This document shows, piece by piece, positions 59,611 through 64,000 of a DNA stretch of 64,000 nt. The stretch lies in assembly GCF_009914755.1 (NCBI RefSeq), contig NC_060928.1, one strand, 5' to 3'. The DNA is from the human T2T-CHM13v2.0 reference genome, Homo sapiens. The notes beneath the pieces are model-generated. The model was not told where the DNA came from, searched no databases, and was given only the letters and a program-made list of their open reading frames with translations. The position numbers were made by a program, and so were the translations under genes. Each line of letters opens with the position of its first letter. Within the stretch, counting starts at the first letter, position 1.

Positions 59611-60517
59611 GTACTCCACTCCCTTCTCAGAAAACCACATTTCTTTTGGACTTCCTGTCTCTTTAAAAAATCTACATTTTCTTTCTAACTTTCCTTGATT
59701 GACTTAAAGAAAAAATATTTTCATTTATCAATCTTTACTCCTGAGCTCTTCTTTTCCTTTTATTATTTATTTATTGTGCATTAGGTATGCAAATTAACTA
59801 TACAAGCAAATATATAGATTCACACATCAAATGAACTAACGTACACCCATGCATATAGGGTGGATTTCCTTTCATTCTTTCATTAGACCAAAATTTTCTG
59901 AGGATAGTTTTATCTTTCCCCTTAATATGTTGATGTCTAAAATTTCTGAAAGGATAAGCAGTCATGATTCTAGTGAATAAGAACGTTCACTGAATTTCTG
60001 AATTTTAAAAACAATCTTTTTGTTTGTTTACCTAGGGCTAAGTGTCTTTTGTTTTGCCTGTTATGGTTCATTTCTGAACTAATCAGATGTCTATCAGACA
60101 GGAGGCAAAGGAAGAGGGGAATCAAAATATTCATATGCATCTATGTGTTCTTGATTTTGAGACTTAAGTCATGTACATGTTGAATTGTTGGAAATCTTCT
60201 ACCAAGCCTTCTTGGAATAGTATAAAAAATTTCTTTTATATGGCAGGAACATTTTGTAGAAGAGTTACTTTGTGTTTTCCTAACAAACACTTCAAACTAC
60301 ACAGATGGATTCTGACATCCACCAATAGATGCAAATTAATCCGCACTTAAAGAAACTGAAGAGATATTATGAATTAATAGCCAGTACTCAGTAAGTGGGT
60401 CAATTATCCAAACTTTTTATATGTCTGTGCTAAATGCTTCTCATCTATTTGAATTAAGTGCCTTTGCCTATTGAGAACATTAAACTACAAACCAAATAAA
60501 ACATTTAGGCAACCGTA

Positions 60518-60822
60518 GTTTTTTTTTTTTTTCTTTGTGGAGACAGAGTCTTGCTTGGTTGGTCACCCAGTCTGGAATGCAGTGGTGCAATCTTGGCTCA
60601 CTGGAGCCTCCACCTCCTGGGCTAAAGTAATCCTCCCACCTCAGCCTCCTGAGTAGCTGGGACATCTGGGGTCTGGCACCACACCTGGCTAATTTCTGTA
60701 ATTTTAGTGGAGACAGGGTTTCGCCCTGTTTCTCTGGCTGGTCTCAAAATCCTGGGCTCAAGTGATTCGCCTCTCTTAGCCTCCCAAAGTGCTAGGATTT
60801 TAGGGATGAGCCACTGCACCCC
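60518..60822 (-). mobile_element. Alu (AluJ-like)
   Basis: Diverged antisense dimer. Confidence 0.88.
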
Positions 60823-60848
60823 ACTTCAATTGTCGTATTTTAAAATTA

Positions 60849-61031
<183 letters not shown>

Positions 61032-61277
61032 TCATTTTTGAGCTATCGATTATTTCCACTATGTTCAGCTTTTAAAATTTTATATACAAAATGATGTAAA
61101 GGACAGTTTCTTTTTAACAGATTTCAGAACAATGAAATACTTTTTTTTCTAAAAAGAATGAAAATAAAACATTTTCTCTATGGTATATATTTTATGGATA
61201 ATTAAAGTGCTTTTAACTGTATGACTTCTACTCTAATTACGAACTTCTAAGGAAGCTCATATATTCATTAAACTTAC

Positions 61278-61332
61278 CTCCCATCTCTGAGTCACAGACT
61301 TCTCTCCAACCAAAGTGCTAAGTAACCCAGAT
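61278..61332 (-). CDS. WDFY3: WDFY3 exon (start of BEACH domain); the gene continues beyond the window
   Basis: SGLLSTLVGEKSVTQRWE; tttag acceptor, gtaagt donor; 55 nt. Confidence 0.95.
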
Positions 61333-61421
61333 CTAAAAGCAATACATAATACAATAAATTACAAGCAATAAAATTTTAAATCTGAAAAATTATAAAGTTG
61401 AAAAATTTAAGTCACCTGGTC

Positions 61422-61688
61422 CAGGAATTTTTCAAACTATGGAGGATCTATTAGTGGGTCATAAAATCAGTTTAGTGGGTTGTGATCAGCATTTTGAAAT
61501 ATGAAGTAACATAGAACTGAACTGAAGAAAACAGAGGACATCAGAAGGCATCACATATAGTAAGAAAAAGTATTGTTTTGTGAATTTTGTTTGAGTTGAG
61601 TATTTATAACTCCATTTATGTGCCTTGGGATGAATGTAATATATATTTTTTACTCTAGGTCATATTCAAAAGAGTTGGAAGAACACTG
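61422..61688. mobile_element. Old hAT-Charlie type non-autonomous element
   Basis: Ends cagg..ttttcaaact and agttggaagaacactg; internal ttagtgggtcataaaatcagtttagtgggt. Confidence 0.55.
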
Positions 61689-61694
61689 ATCTAG

Positions 61695-62006
<312 letters not shown>

Positions 62007-62027
62007 TTCTTTTTCTTTTTAAAACCA

Positions 62028-62152
62028 TTTTATAATTTATTTTTTGTAGAGATGGGGTCTTGGTATGTTGCCCAGGTTGGTCTCAAGATCCTGGCCTCAA
62101 ATGATCCTCCTAACTCAGCCTCCCAAATTATTAGGACTTCAGGCATGAGCCA
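62028..62152 (-). mobile_element. Alu monomer / FLAM
   Basis: Antisense left monomer. Confidence 0.8.
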
Positions 62153-63531
62153 TATTCTAACCATAGTCTAACTTTCTAATTTTTACTATAATCACTAAGT
62201 AAACAGATCCAAGCATACTTAATTAGAATAACTGAAATATTATATAATATTCTGTACATAGTAGGTACATAATGCATTAAATAAGTGAAAGAAAATATGA
62301 ATATTGTATAACAGGAAAGTCATTGCTGTCCAGGTCATTTAAAATTTAAACATTACTTTTTTGGGGACAGCAGACTTCCTTAAAATGTTATAAAATCCTA
62401 TTTAAGGTTTATCAGCTTTATAATATTGATAATTAATAATTGGTCATGGAACCAGGAGAAAGTATTTATATATTTTCTTTTCTGAGAGGAAATTAATACA
62501 TTTGTAAACCTTAGATCCTAAACACATCCAGCTCGATGGTACTATTTTCCACTTTGAGATAGTCTTTCCATCAGGCAAATTGAATGTACAAGATACTCTC
62601 TTTGGAAAAATAGCCATGATCACTCTTCAACATCGTAAGAAAGAGGATAACTGAAATGGAAGATTAAAGTTGGAAATGAATTTCTGTTTCTTGCCTCTGA
62701 GCTCTTTAAAGTTCTTTAAGAACTGCCAACTCAGCACAGGCAGTAGCAAGAACAAAGAAATAGCAAGTTTAAGATTATCTAGGAAGCAGTAGCAATTCGC
62801 TTACAAGTAGAAAAAAGGCTCATTATGTTTTTAAGGAAATCTTTCACTTCCTGTATTTATGTTAACAACAACACATATGATTAGGAGCAGAACATGTTTC
62901 TGGGGTTAAAAAAAGCATATATTTAGCATTGTATTTGTTAAGGCTTGGCTATAGAAAAATAAAAACAAAACTTAAAGAGAAATACACAAAGTATTTAGAT
63001 GCACACAGACTGGAATCAAATTTATTTACAAATTACAGAATCTCTAGAACTTGTAAAAGTCATTTTCTTGCATGTTCTAATAATTAATTTACAGCCCCAA
63101 AGCACTGCTTCTTTCCAGTCGATTATAAAGGGCTACTAGTTACTGAGTGATATAAATGGAACTGGGTCTACAGATTCTTGAAATGGCTGTGTTACCTAGA
63201 AGGCCTCGCTAAGATGAAGCACAGCTATAAGGAGCATAAAGGAATCACTGATAGGTCAGAATACATAAAAACAGAAGTTTAAATGTAAATGTCAAAAAGC
63301 AAAATTTAGAGGAAAACTGGGAAATCTGCAACAAATATGACAAGCAAAGGAGTAATACCTTATGGTAGAAAAATCCTATACAAATTGATAAGATCTCAAA
63401 GGAAAAATAGGCAAAAGATACGGACAATTTACAAAAATGATTTTAAATGGTTAATAAACATATACAGAGCTCATGCTTACTAATAATCAAAGAAATATAC
63501 ATTAAAAATCAGAAAACATTTTATAAAATCA

Positions 63532-63876
<345 letters not shown>

Positions 63877-64000
63877 CTATTGAGACAAACTTATCCACTA
63901 ATAGTACAATATAAACTTGTATAGTTTTTATGAATATCAAGCTGGTTTTGTGTATCAAGAGCCTTAAAATTCCTACTCTTTGTTTTATTAAGGGGACTCT

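Noticed and set aside
58996-59640. Longest ORF in the track (214 aa)
   Set aside because: Made of L2 and Alu sequence in an intron

Overview
Primate (almost certainly human, 4q21 by recall) genomic DNA with two convergent genes. On the + strand is the last exon of CDS1 (CDP-diacylglycerol synthase 1; coding 542-671, 3'UTR to about 3320). On the - strand are the last 17 exons of WDFY3/ALFY (BEACH domain, WD40 repeats, LIR motif, FYVE domain; stop at 24853, 3'UTR to about 21535). All 17 exons splice in frame at GT-AG junctions. The ~18 kb between the genes is a stack of nested transposons: L1M > full-length THE1C > Alu, and Charlie1 > L1MA > solo LTR12C. The introns carry many Alus, L1/L2/MIR, Tigger elements and a 7SL pseudogene. 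Most ORFs in the track are repeat-derived or spurious. I see no new gene system. The least-explained signals are: a locally templated ~120 bp insertion with a 13-bp duplication and microhomologies; two near-perfect palindromes in the last WDFY3 intron, one with an Alu inserted at its tip; two LTR promoters each aimed antisense at one gene, with candidate antisense exons; a tandem STAT site; and a CpG-rich non-repeat intronic patch. Repeat subfamily names come from recalled consensus sequences, not from a database search.
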